This document shows, piece by piece, positions 45,856 to 59,600 of a DNA stretch of 64,000 nucleotides. Each line of letters opens with the position of its first letter. Position 1 is the stretch's first letter. The notes beneath the pieces are model-generated. The model saw nothing but the letters and a program-made list of their open reading frames with translations, ran no database searches and had not been told where the DNA came from. Source of the stretch: Selaginella moellendorffii. Lineage: Eukaryota; Plantae; Lycopodiophyta. Location: NCBI RefSeq assembly GCF_000143415.4, contig NW_003314266.1, forward strand, positions 3,356,398 to 3,420,397, given 5' to 3'. The position numbers and the translations under genes were made by a program.

Positions 45856-48117
45856 TTTGTAAAAACTATTTATTATAAAGCTACACACACACACACACAT
45901 AATTTTCTGTATTATATAGAAGCAACACTTGGTTTGATTTGGAGTATATCTAACATGATAGTGATGTACTTATTATTTCTCTTTCTGACTATTTCTTGCA
46001 AGCTTTTAGTATATATAGCACAAGATTATTATTTTATATATTTGGCTATGCCTGTGTACATGGCTTCAAATGATGGTAATGCTGAAACTACCTTTTCTTG
46101 AGGAAAAGTTTCCCAAAACTTTTAAAATATAAATAGATTGCAACTCTTCTAGTCTCTCCAAATAAATGACACTAGTTGTATCCAGCTTGAGTAGATTCCT
46201 TAGAGGAGATTGTAAGATCTATATGAACTCTATATGCTTTATGAAGTAGCTTTGATATACATTTGGCTATAAAAAAAATCTAACCATTTACAGATAAATG
46301 AGAAATTTCCTTGACCATCTTGGGTAAACATAAAAAATTTCATCAAAAAGGTTATCTTCTTGTTTGGATATCAAGTCTTGCTTGTACCATCTTTAGCATT
46401 ATAGTATATATGATTATGGGATGAGATTTAAATATATTATCATTGTGGATCTTTGGAACTTTAGAGGTTAAATGAGGATAAAATAACTATTAAGGTTTCT
46501 TTCATTAAGCAATTGCCTCTTTTTCAGTTGGCTTAAGAAAAAAAAGATAAAGTGTGTTATATGTGGTATCAAAAAAAATGATACAAGTTTAATTCATATT
46601 GATTAGTGACTACTTAAAATATAATATACCCTTGAACAAAGTATATTCTTACCCCCAAAATTGAAATCATACGTATTAGGCATATGTACCATGGGATGTA
46701 GTACGGATAGATGACTAATTACTTCACATGAAATAACTAATTTACATAATAGAAGGATTGGTAGATTTAATGCAAAAATGGAGCGGGGATGAATCAATGG
46801 AGGTGTTGGTTCCCCTTAACTTAGTAGAGGTTTTAGTTAATAATTAATGAGAACATAGATGGGGTGAATGTAGTGTATATGATCATGAGATGAAATTTGG
46901 ATATACTATCATTATAGATCCTTGGAACTTTAGGGCATAAATTAAGGATAAAATAACTACTAAGGGTTTTTTTATCAAGCAGTTTTTCCTTTTTTAATTG
47001 ACTTAAGGGGAGAGAGATAGAGTGCACTAGAAGTATAAAGTGTTTAAGTTACTTTGCTCAATCAATGTTAAATCTTTGGCTTTTTAGGAATTTTATAATT
47101 TTTTTTTCTATTGTGTGCTTTGTAAGTCAATTCACTTATAAATAGTAGCACTAGGTTTTCTTACAACTTTTGTACCATTATACTTAATCTCTACCACCAT
47201 TGCTATTTAATTTACCATTTGAAAAAAAAGTAAGTGTATTTAGCCTTTATAATGGTTTTTAGTTGTTAATAATATGTTTTTAAGCTTTCTTTTTTTTATT
47301 TCCCTATTTGTGCATTAACAACTACTTTTGTTTTTCTAAGATGTTTCTTCTAATTTTTTAAGTTTTGCCCTAATGCTTCAAACTTTTTTTTCTTTAGAGG
47401 AGGGGTTAAAAGGGATATATATATAAGAGTCAGATGAGCAAATATAGTAATTGAGCGAATATAAAAAAACATAGATTATGGAGTGAAAATGAATATAATA
47501 AGTCCAAATGGAATATCTAGCCTCAATATAATGAAGTTAAATAGATGCAATAGTGGAGTGAGGCCAAATATTAATAGCAGAGTGAAGACAATCATAACAA
47601 GTTTAAATAGAATTAGTGCTTCAAAATTTTTTCTCTTTCAATGAGGGGATAAAAAGGATATAAAGGATGAGCATAATAACTTTGACCTCCTGGTGCTAAA
47701 TGAGGACAAAATTTATAAATCTGAAATCTGAATTAACACAAATCTTAGAGGTTTATAAAGAAGATGTTTGATGGTCATGTGTTTAAATTAACAGTGGTGT
47801 TAGAGGATGGTTGGAAATAAGATTTAGAGACAGAATGTATTATTTACTATAATAGTGCTTTGTGAACTATAGTGGCTTTTAATGTCCCTTGCTTTTATTC
47901 AAAGTTATGGCTTTGAAGTTAATTTGAGCATTTGGCACTACATATGAAGTTGCAACTAGTTCATTATGAGTCTTTAATTAATTGATTTCTGCCAGGACTT
48001 TGAGTTTTATTTCAATCATGGTTATTAATAACTATATTAGTGGTTTTATGAGAGTTTTAAGTTCTTGTGGCACTTTATAATTGCCCAACAGAAGTTCCAG
48101 ATGTTCTACATGATTAC

Positions 48118-48348
48118 NNNNNNNNNNNNNNNNNNNNNNNNNNNNNNNNNNNNNNNNNNNNNNNNNNNNNNNNNNNNNNNNNNNNNNNNNNNNNNNNNNN
48201 NNNNNNNNNNNNNNNNNNNNNNNNNNNNNNNNNNNNNNNNNNNNNNNNNNNNNNNNNNNNNNNNNNNNNNNNNNNNNNNNNNNNNNNNNNNNNNNNNNNN
48301 NNNNNNNNNNNNNNNNNNNNNNNNNNNNNNNNNNNNNNNNNNNNNNNN
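48118..48348. other. Assembly gap (N run)
   Basis: Run of n characters. Confidence 0.99.
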
Positions 48349-49124
48349 TCAATTATGGATGCTCTTATATGATTTGGATAGTGTATTTCTTTTTTAGCTG
48401 ATCATATATCTTTTGCTACTAAGTGTATAGAGCTCTTGCTTTGTTCAAAACATTCACAAACCATTTAGAGATTATTTATTAATTATATATTCCTTGCTAG
48501 TATATCCTATAATGAGTGAGTTCTATGAAAAGAAGGTAAAGGTTTCGTCCATCTTCTTGTTGTGACTATAAGCCACCATATTGAGTTCTGGGATACTAAG
48601 TCTGGCTCTTCAGTGCAGGAAAAGAGGTTTTTGCCTCCTCAAGCTGGCATACTTCAAAGTTCCCATAGATGATCCACTATCTATTATCAAGATCAAAGTC
48701 AAAGAGGGAGGAGAAAGAAAATGCATGGCATGCCCATGTAGCCCTTGTGTTAATTGTGTTTGAGATCGGAGTTTGCTAGCAGAAAGAAGTTGCATATAGC
48801 TTCTCAATGACTGCCTCATCTCTTCAAATTCAGTATTAGTAGATCTATCCATCAAAACCATGACTTTCTTTGTATTAAAATGCTAAATAATATTAGTTTT
48901 ATGGGTTTACCTAGATATGTAATTACACACATTAGTATATAATATTGTGGAAGTGGTTATTTAAGATAACATAACAGTAATTCATGCTTGTAAGTCTGGG
49001 CTTCTGAATGAAAATCCAGAACAATATGGAGTATTATGGAGTATTATCAGAAATGTTATTAATTGATTCAATTATTGCTGATATAATCAATGTACCACTC
49101 ATAATCGTTAAAATTTAAAATAAT

Positions 49125-50275
49125 GTCACTATAAGCCCTAAAAATAGAAAGCTACGTACACCAGACCTACGCCGCGCTCCTCAAAGCACTGCGGCAGTGC
49201 GGGGCCCAACCGCAGGGGCGGCGAATCCACGCCCACATTGTCGCCAGCAGCGTCGCAAGCGATGGATTCCTCGGCGATCACTTCCTCCAGATGTATGGCA
49301 AATGCGGCAGCGTCGACGACGCCATCCAGGCCTCCCGCGAAGAAGGCTCTTCTCCTGGAACTTCATCATCGCGGCATTCACCAAGAACAGGCAAGGCGAT
49401 CGAGATGTTTAGGAACATGGACTCGGCGGGGATCAAGCCCGACAGCGATACTCTCTCTAGCATCCTTGGCGCTTGCTCCAGCTTGAGGTCTGGAAGAAGG
49501 CCGGAGGATCCATGCCAGGATTTCCAGTGGCGAGCTAGTTGTGGAGACTGGGCGGGCTCGTGAAGATGTATACCCGCTGTGGGAGGCTGCGAGAGGCCAG
49601 AGAGGTGTTCGATCGCATCGTGATATGCTGGAACTCGATGATCGCGACATATCCCCAGGGCGGGCATACCGCCCAAGCTCGGCAGCTCTACGAGGAGATG
49701 GAAGGTTTCGAATTGAAAGCCAGCGACACGACTTTCGCTGGAGCTTGTTCCTCGCTCGAGGAAGGGATCAGGGGTCTCACGTCCTCGATCATCATCCAGA
49801 ACGCGCTTGTGAGCATGTACACGCGCTGGACGTTGCGACGGCCGTGTTTGACAAGATCGAGAGCAAGAGCGTGGTCTCCTGGAGATCGCTGCCTGTTCTC
49901 GGCAAGGAGAGACCAAGCAAGCACTGGAGTTTTGCAAAAGGATGGAGGTAGAGCCCAACGAAAATCTCGTTAGTTCTCTGGAAAATCTAGTCGAGCTTGT
50001 TGATGAGTGACGCCACCACAACGGTGTTGCTGGATCCATCTTTTCTAAGAGTCGTGCGTGCCTGCCCGAGCTCCAAATTGTTGGCATTGGAACAGACGCT
50101 TAGAACGCTGGTAAGAGTCAGCTGCTAGAGAGCTTCTCGGTTCCTCCCGTGCTGAGAGTAGGCCACGATCAAAGTTGTCCAGAAGACCATGTCGCGAGCT
50201 CTCACTATCGAGAGAGCTCGCCTGGCCGCGTCAAGTTCGTTGCACTCCCATACATTTGCTGATGAGAGCGTTCTA
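49125..50275 (+). pseudogene. Rearranged PPR pseudogene: sense copy of ~56580-57650 joined to an inverted copy of ~58070-58440
   Basis: 49160-49960 is near-identical to the 56625 gene apart from many short deletions. The reverse complement of 49965-50275 reads aacgctctcatcagc...aacgaacttgacgcggc...cacgggaggaaccgagaagctc, as in 58070-58440. Confidence 0.88.
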
Positions 50276-51677
50276 GATGAAGATACTATTTAAACTTTGA
50301 TTGTTATTATTCAGAAACCTTTGTCGTGCTGTGTAGTGCTTTGCTCTCTCAGTTTCTAAGTTTTCTGTATGCTCAAGCAATGACCAACATGAGTAGCAAG
50401 AGTGGGATGGGAAAAACCTCCAACACTGGTTGTCCCGGAGCTGGTGTTAGAGCTAATGTTCGACGCACTGCCACAGCTCGTGCCGGAGCCGGTGCCGAAT
50501 GCAGTGCTGGAGCGGGTGCCAGAGATGGTGCTGGACACAGCGTCAAAGGTGGAGACCCTGGTGCTGGACATAGAGATTGTGTTGGCACTTGAGACCTTGG
50601 TGCGTTTTCTGTGGGACATTCCAACCATGGCTCTTCGCTACCCCAATCCCATGTCTCCCAAACTGGAGGGGAAGGTGGTGGAGGCAAATCCATGGATGGA
50701 GGCTCGTGATCACTCCCACCCTCACTTCCACCACCATTGTCACTGCCGCAGGACTTAGAAGGGACGCTCGAAGATGGGGGAGATGGGGCAAGACCTGGAG
50801 ATAGAAAGCTAATGGCACAGTCATTGTTGGTAGTTGGTGTGGCATGCTTTGCTGGTGGTGAGGATCGTGTGAGAAATTCGTTGGTGCGCACAACCCGCAT
50901 GCTGCGATCAGGAGATTTGGCATCCCTAGCTCACGAAATGGGCGGGAAAACTTCTATACAGCCTTTTTAGTTTGGATGATTGTGCATGGTTTTCTGTGTT
51001 TTCGTGTGAAGGCATCCACAACAAAAGGGCGAAGTTTTTTGGGCAAGCAGAAACACCTCAAGGTTCAGATAGTGTGCTTCTCATATTTTTCGCTTAGCTA
51101 TGGCAACTTTTGTTAACAAGTTCCATTCATTTTGATCTGGATAAAATATCCTCTTGAAAAAAATTAGATGCTTTTGGTGTTGACGCATCACGCTCCTCTC
51201 AAATGCTAAACTCTTTCCTAAACTCCTTATCTCCTTTTGTTCTCGAAATCTCCTTTAAAAGGTGCGCTTGCTGGGGCAGAGGGAATTACAGCATTATCCC
51301 GGAAACAGTTAATAACAATAATTACATAAATCTTAAAAATTACTTTTATTCTAGAGCTTAGAATCCCATCGTCCATCTGAGAATCGGTCAATTCCTCCCA
51401 TTGCATGAGCACAGGCTTGGAGCTTTGCTCCAGAACGTAAGAATACCATCTTTAAATAGAACTTTTTTTTAGTATTAACAAAATAAATAAGCAAATTGAT
51501 TTGGCGTATGAGTTAAGGTGGTGATTTCCGTCAAGTTCATGAAGCTTGCTAATGATATTAGTAGACTCTTGCAGGACACTAGAGAACCTGTCCCAGACAG
51601 TTTTTGCGAGTTACTAGTGCGAAAGAAGAAGACTCATGCCAAGTTTGGATTAAGAACAAGGTATATAAATTTGATAT

Positions 51678-52743
51678 TTTACGGAAGTAGTGGGATACGA
51701 CGAGTCCCCGTCCATCCCACACATCCCGTCTCCATCCTTTTGCTCGAATTTCATGAATCCATCCTCCCCCCAGGAAGTGTTTTTGATGATCCAGGAGGGC
51801 ATCCCACCTTTGATTCCATATCCAATGCGTGATCCAGCGAATCGCTGCATTGACCAGAAATAATTCCCTGGAAAACGATGTAAATAAGTTAGAAATTAAT
51901 AATATTTGAGATTTTCTTACACTCCTGTAATGCTGGAAGTTGTTGGTCGCTGCCAACGGTCACGGGAGTTTTGGAGACTGCTTTCATCAGGGTGTCAGCA
52001 CTGTGACGACTTTAAAAACAGTGATCTCCGCTATTCTTCATATAATCTATAATATGACATAATCAGTAAAGTATACCAACCTGTTCGCGTTGCAACTGCC
52101 CGCAAATCCAGTATATGGATAGGTCTCCTCTGTGGTGACACCACCGTTTCCCACCACGAACTGAAACTCATTCTCCGATAACCCACCCTTGCATCCTTCG
52201 TCTACTGTGTCCAGAGAAACGAGCTGCTTCGTCGCCAGAAAGTGTGCACTCTCGATCGATGCAATCGCCGAGAAAGCCCAGCAGCTCATGTGGATCACAA
52301 GAATCACCCGCACCCAAATAGACGAGAGATACCCAAAATTACGATGAGTTCTAATCATACTGCGGTCGCCCTGATCTTTATTCGGGGTCACAGTTCCCCG
52401 CTGCCTCCAATCCAAGCTCGTCGGGAGGCTCGACACGTCCACGTCCACGGCCGGGAGGCGATCCAGGTAGCGCGGCGCTTGCTGACGTGCATGGCTCGGG
52501 ATTCGGCATTTGTGAGATCCGAGAACTTGAGGCCAAGCATGAAGGTGGTGTTGGGCACGTTGTGCTTCGCGATGTACGCCAAAGTGTCTGAGAAGACCGC
52601 GAGCCTTCTCCCAGTCGCTGCTGTAACTCTTGCGGCGCTTGGCAGTCCAATCGTCTCTAGAGCGCGATCATCTTCCAGAGCCACTGGCTGCACAATCGCA
52701 AACAGTCCTGCCCCTACCAAGATTAAATCATGTTGCTTGCCAT
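51678..52743 (-). pseudogene. Frameshifted papain-like protease duplicate
   Basis: Collinear with 40990-42199 including introns, but carries frameshifts and a deletion in the catalytic-His region. Confidence 0.88.
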
Positions 52744-53933
52744 GGTCGCACTTGCACAAGTGAGCTTATATAGTGAAAATTTTACCTTCGGGTAATTGCC
52801 GGGTAAGGTATGTAAGGTTTACGTTTGGCAGTGTTATAGAGGTTTCGGGATTGAACTATCCTTGCGATGGAAGCATGGAAGACACATAAAAGAGATGCCC
52901 TCCCGTGACAACATTCAACATTTCAACATTTAACATGCCCTTGACACAATACAACATCAAAGCATAGCTTCAGCATTTGAAGTTATATACTTAAAAGACT
53001 AATTGGGTTGAATTAATATGACTAATACAAATTGACCTGTGTAAAGCCATTATAAATGCATTGGAGAGTGGGAGAAGGATGCTGGTCCCCGTTTCTTACA
53101 GCAGTAAAGATTGCTATTTTAGGGGGATCACAAATATATTACAAGATTCTTCAATAAGTAGTTCAAAAGTTTAATTGCAGTATCTTGTTTTGAAATATTC
53201 TGTTTATTAAATAGTTTACTGATGCAGTAATGCTTGGTTTGCTTAACAATAGTGCTTACTGTTTAATAATCTAACTGTAAATTTTAAATACAAGATTAAT
53301 CTTATTATTTATCAACCATTAGATGTTAAAATAAATGAAACATACTTGGAAGTAATTAGTAATGTTTATAAATTATAAACATATTTATAAAGTATAATTT
53401 CAATATTAATCTAAATGAATAAATTAATTTGAAAATATAATAAAATACACTTGAAAGTTCTGTAGCAAAGTCAGGCTTATGAGATCCAAATATACAGCTA
53501 GAATACAATATCTGTATAGTGGGACTTTGATAGCTGTTTGATTCACTTTAATTAGAATCACTCACATTTTCTTTTTAGAAAACTTTGAAGTGTTTTGGCA
53601 ATTCTTCAGCTCTCTCATATTTTAAATTTTTTTAGGTTTTTATATGCGTAAGTCCACATGAATGTAATGACCAATATATAGTGATAAAAAGATACTTGTA
53701 CTTTGGTTTGCCTGTAGGTGTATCCACTCCACCTAGCTCTGTAACTCTCAATCATGACTGTTTGCTGCTGCAAGCCTGCAGCTCTCCCTAGATCGTGATG
53801 CTGTGGCTATACCTAGCTCTGGATCTACTGCATATCATAGTCAAAAGAGCAAATTTCACTAGTTGCTAATGTATTGTGATGGCAGTGTATAATTGATATA
53901 TTAATATAAAGTTTGGATTATAAAGTGGTTATT

Positions 53934-55121
53934 TTACGAAGTAGTGGGGTATGATGACTGTCCGTTCATCCCACACATCCCTTCTCCATCCTCTTTCTTG
54001 ATTCTCATGAATCCATCCTCCCCCCAGGAAGTTCCCCACGAGTTTTTGATGATCCAGTAGGGCATCCCACCTTCGGTTCCATATCCAATGACCAAGACCG
54101 CATGATCCCGCGAATTGCTGCAGTGACCAGAAAGAATTCCCTGGAAAACGATGTAATTAAGTTAGAAATAAATAGAAATAATATCTGAGATTTTCTTACA
54201 CTTCTGTAATTCTGGAAGTTTTGGTCGCTGCCGCAGATGCCAACGGTCACGGGAGTTTTGGAGACTGCTTTCATCAGGGCGTCAGCACTGTCCTTTGTGA
54301 CGTCTTTATAACCAGTGATCTCCACCACCTTATTCTTTAAAGAACAAAAAACAGCTATAATATGAAATAATTAGTGAAGTATACCAACCTTGTTCGCGTT
54401 GCAACTGCCTGCAAATCCCGTATATGGATAGGCCTCCTCCGTGGTGACACCACCGTTTTCCACCACGAACTTAAACGCATCCTCCGGAAACCCACCCTGG
54501 CATCCTTGGTCTACCGTGTCACAGTCTATCAATTGCTGCTCGGACAGAGAAACGAGCTCCTTCGTCGCCAGAAAGTGTGCACTCTCGATCGATGCAATCG
54601 CCGAGAAAGCCCAGCAGCTCCCTGTGGATCATGCGAATCACCCACACCCACAAAGGCCAAATAGAAGAGAGATTAGAAAAAAAAAACAAAAAAACGACGA
54701 GTTCTTATCATACCGCACTGGCCCTGATCTTTAATCGGTGTCACAGCTCCCTCCTGCCTCCAATCCAAGCTCGTCGGGAGGCTCGACACGTCCACGTCCA
54801 CGTCCTTGGCCGGGCGGCGATCCTGGTAGCGCGGGGGCTTGAATTTGCCGACGTAATTGGCTCGGAACTCGGCATTTGTGAGATCCGAGAACTTGTTGAG
54901 GCCGAGCGTGAAGGTGGTGTTGGGCAGCGCGTTGTGCTTCTCGATGTACGCCAAAGTGTCGGAGAAGATCATCAGCCTGCGAGCCTTCTCCCAGTCGCTG
55001 CTGTAACTCTTGCCGTGCTTGGCAGCCCAACCCTCGAACATGTTCTTGATCTCTAGAGCGCGATCGCCTTCCAGAGCCGCTGGCCGCGCAATCGCAAACG
55101 GTGCTGCCCCTACCACCACCA
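53934..55121 (-). CDS. Papain-like cysteine protease paralog; catalytic motifs intact but start codon and signal-peptide start missing
   Basis: DQGQCG|[18 protein letters not shown] and YWIIKNSWG are intact. Similarity to the 42199 gene ends at about 55121, with an in-frame TAA upstream and no ATG before it. Confidence 0.75.
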
Positions 55122-56244
55122 GGGTGCTATATATGGTAAGTGTTTATATCTGCTGGAGAAGCATTTTTATGGAATATAGAGAGTGTCTTAAATACCATGA
55201 TCATAATTTTAGCACCATTTCATATTTAATAAATTTTCAAATTTGTTCCAAAGACTAACCTATATGAAGCACTTTAGCTATTGCACATGCACAATTTCTA
55301 GAGGATCAACCTATTGAATGTTATACTAAACCTCATAAACTTATGGTCCAATTTACCATGATATTTAATACGGTCCATTCCACTAAATAAGGAGCCCTTT
55401 AGACAAACGACATACTATAAAATTGGGAAAATGAATTAACACTAGATTATCCATTTTATACTTTGTAAGTGGATGATGATGTGAATTGTAGTGTCGTTGT
55501 TGTCCATGTATACATGGTTTAAGTATTCAACAATTTTACTCAAAGTAATGGATGAATGCTCATCAAATACAAATCCTAAAACCTAGCATTAGTAACTTGT
55601 AGGAATGGCAAAAGTAAACTTAACTCCATTAATAGTATTGTATTATGACCATATAAATTTTTTTATGGTGAGGTATTAATAAAACTCTATACCTCTATGA
55701 CATATGTATATCGAAGAGATGGTAAATATCCATCTTAATTCGAATGTTGAAAGTTTATGTCCTTCACAATCATCCCTTAAGATCCAAACACACTTGGGCT
55801 AACACAACTTTAAAACTAATATAAAAAACATCCACACAATTAGAATACATCAAAACTGAAGGAGTCATTAATAACTCTTTTGTGATGCAAAAATGCCCAT
55901 TTAAAGTCATTAGACTAAATGAAAGATGGTGTTGATGACTTTAGCAATAGTCAGAATAGTGTAGTATGATTAAAAATATGATCAATAAATAACTAAATTA
56001 TTGCACATTTCTCAAGAACTATTGCATATCATTCACACACTTATAGTGAATAAACTTTATAGTCCTTAGTTCTCCCAGCGGTTGCATTACTAGTCTAGCT
56101 TGCTAGATTATGTTTGCAGCCCCAAAATTATCCAAAGCACTCATAAGCAAGGTATATTCCTACCCTTAAATTTGAAATTGTATATATTGAGCATCCATGT
56201 ACATATCTTTCCTCATATGAAGCATCCATGAACAAAGATAATTT

Positions 56245-56480
56245 GTGGGATGCAATACAAATAGATAACTAGTTGTCTCACATGGAATAATTAATCTATA
56301 CAATAGAAGAATTGGTAGATTGCGAAAATAAAAGTGTTAGTTCCCTTTAGTTTAATAGGGGTTGTGGGATGTAGTATAAGTGGATGATTAGATGCCTCAT
56401 ATGGAATAACTAATTTATACAATGGAAAGATTAATAGATTGGAGAAATAGAGGTGTTAATTCCCTTTAGCTCAATAAGGA
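56245..56480. repeat. ~120-bp tandem duplicate with a third related copy at ~46690-46830
   Basis: tgggatg.a.ta...atggaataa.taat.tatacaat.gaa...att..tagatt recurs at about 56245, 56365 and 46692. Confidence 0.6.
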
Positions 56481-56624
56481 TTATTAGATATATACTTATA
56501 TATATAAAAATAAATAATATTAACCCAAAAACCCTAATTTATATATAAGAGGCCACTCCTAGCATATTCATAGCATATCCACTATAAGCCCTAAAAAATA
56601 AAAAACAGTGGGGGAGGAAATGAT

Positions 56625-59600
56625 ATGAGCTTTGGACAAACGCGGCGGCGTCTCCTCAGCACAGCGATCATCGATTCTCCCGACACCTCCTTGCAGCGGT
56701 TGGCACGCCTCGACGACGATCTCCACCACTTGCAATTCCAGTCGCCCTTCCAGGTGCGCCAGACCTACGCCGCGCTCCTCAAGCACTGCGGCAATGCGGC
56801 CGCCCTACCGCAGGGGCGGCGAATTCACGCCCACATTGTCGCCAGCGGCCTCGCCAGCGATGGATTCCTGGGCGATCACCTCCTCCAGATGTATGGCAAA
56901 TGCGGCAGCGTCGACGACGCCATCCAGGTCTTCCACTCCCTCCCGCGAAGAAGCCTCTTCTCCTGGAACTTCATCATCGCGGCATTCGCCAAGAACAGGC
57001 ATGGCCGCAAGGCGATCGAGATGTTTAGGAGCATGGACTCGGCGGGGATCAAGCCCGACAGCGCTACTCTCTCCAGCGTCCTTGGCGCTTGCTCCAGCTT
57101 GAGGGATCTGGAAGAAGGTCGGAGGATCCATGGCAGGATTTCCAGTGGCGAGTTCCAGAGCGGGATAGTTGTGGAGACTGGGCTCGTGAAGATGTATGCC
57201 CGCTGTGGGAGGCTGCGAGAGGCCAGAGAGGTGTTCGATCGGATCGAGAACAAGGACGTGATATGCTGGAATTCGATGATCGCGGCGTATGCCCAGGGCG
57301 GGCATAGCGCCCAAGCTCGGCAGCTCTGCGAGGAGATGGAAGGTTTCGGAGTGAAAGCCAGCGACACGACTTTCGCTGGGATCCTGGGAGCTTGTTCCTC
57401 GCTCGAGGAAGGGAAGAAGATCCATTCCAGAGCCCTTGCCAGGGGTCTCTCGTCCTCGATCATCGTACAGAACGCGCTTGTGAGCATGTACGCGCGGTGC
57501 TCTAGACTGGACGTTGCGAGGGTCGTGTTTGACAAGATCGAGAGCAAGAGCGTGGTCTCCTGGAACGCTATGATCGCTGCTTGTGCTCGGCAAGGAGAGG
57601 CCGAGCAAGCGCTGCAGCTTTTCAAGAGGATGGAGCTGGAGCCCAACGAAGTCACCTTTGCAAGCGTTTTCAATGCTTGTTCTTTGCTGCCGGATCATCG
57701 GGAGGTGGGAAAGAGGATCCACGATCGTATTCGAGGCTCTCACCTGGAAGCCAATGTGACCGTGGCCACTGCCATCGTGACCATGTATGGCAAGTTCGGG
57801 AAAGTTGGTATGGCGAGACAAGTTTTCAATGGGATCCAGCACAAGAATGTGGTGTCCTGGAACGCGATGCTGGGAGCTTACACACAGAATAATCTGGACA
57901 GGGAAGCTCTTGAAGTTTATCACGAGATGGTGGCGCAGAAAGTCCAGCGGGATGAAGTTACGGTGGTGATTGCTCTGGGGATCTCTGCAAGCTTGCGACT
58001 GCTAAAACTCGGGATCGAGCTTCACGAGCTCAGCGTTGCTCACGGCTACGACTCCAACATCAAGGTCCAGAACGCTCTCATCAGCATGTATGGGAAGTGC
58101 AACGAACTTGACGCGGCTAGGCGAGTTTTCTCGAAAGTGAGAGCTCATGACGTGGTCTCCTGGACGGCTTTGATCGTGGCCTACACTCAGCACGGGAGGA
58201 ACCGAGAAGCTCTCGAACTCTACAAGCAGATGGAGGGAGAAGGAATGGAGCCGGACAAGGTGACTTTCACAAGCGTTCTGAGCGCCTGTTCCAATACCAG
58301 CGATTTGGAGCTCGGGCAGGCGCTGCATGCACGGCTCTTGGCGAGGAAAGATGGATTCAGCGATGGAGTTCTGGTGGCAGCACTCATCAACATGTACGTT
58401 AAGTGTGGGAGGCTGGACTTGTCGAGTGAGATTTTCCAGAGCTGCAAGGACACAAAGGCGGTCGTGGTGTGGAATGCGATGATCACGGCCTACGAGCAGG
58501 AGGGATACAGCAGGGCCGCTGTCGATCTTTACGACATGATGAAGCAGCGAGGCTTGGATCCGGATGAGTCGACACTCTCGAGCATTCTAAGCGCCTGTGC
58601 AGAGCTCCAAGATTTGGAGAAAGGCGAGCAGCTTCACGTAGAGATCATTGCCTCGAGGGACTGCTCTCAAAATCCGGTAGTTCTCAACGCGCTTATCAGC
58701 ATGTATGCGAGCTGTGGAGAGATTCGCGAAGCCAAGGCGGTGTTCAAGCGGATGAAGAACAGGGACGTGGTGTCGTGGACGATTTTGATCTCGGCTTACG
58801 TCCAAGGTGGTGACGCTCGAAGAGCTCTCAGGCTCTACCGGAGGATGCTCGTGGAAGGAGTCCAGCCGACCGAGGTGACGATGCTGGCGGTCATCGCTGC
58901 GTGCTCAGCTATGGAGTCACTCTGGGAAGGTATAGTTATTCACGCTTTGACAGACTCTATGTTCTTCACGGACGCGGCTGTGCAGGCTGCGCTCATCTCC
59001 ATGTACGCGAGGTGCAGGAGGCTGGATCTGGCGTGCCAAGTTTTCAGGCAAGTCAGGCACCTCGAATCCAGCGCAAACTGCTGGAACGCGATGCTAGCAG
59101 CTTACTCGCAGCTCGGGCTCCCGGAGGAAGGCATCCGGCTTTACTGGGAGATGAGCTCCACAGGGATCAAAGCCAACGAGGGGACTTTCGCTGGAGCTCT
59201 CGCTGCTTGCTCGATGCTTGGAGCCGTGAGAGAAGGATACAGGATCCACGAGCAAGTCTCTTGCAGCAGATATAGCTCCGACCTCAGCCTCAAGACCGCG
59301 CTCGTCCACATGTACGCCAAGTGCAACCGGGTTGACGCTGCGTTCCACGTCTTCGAGCAGCTCCAACCGGACGTGGTGGCCTGGAACGCCATGATCGCGG
59401 CCTATGCTCAAAACGGCTATGCATGGCACGCTCTCGAGCTCTACAGCAAGATGGTCAGCGAGAGCAACGTAACACCCGACGCTTACACCATCACCAACAT
59501 CCTCAGCGTTTGCTCCAACGCGAGGCTGCTCGACAACGGGAGGACGATCTTCGAGCAGGCCGTGAGGCAGAGCCCCGAGCTGGAGCGAAATACGGCGGTG

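Noticed and set aside
48032-48397. ORFs made of X residues
   Set aside because: Artefacts of the N gap.
55200-56200. Possible DNA-transposon remnant upstream of the truncated protease
   Set aside because: No convincing transposase motif or TIR/TSD could be seen.
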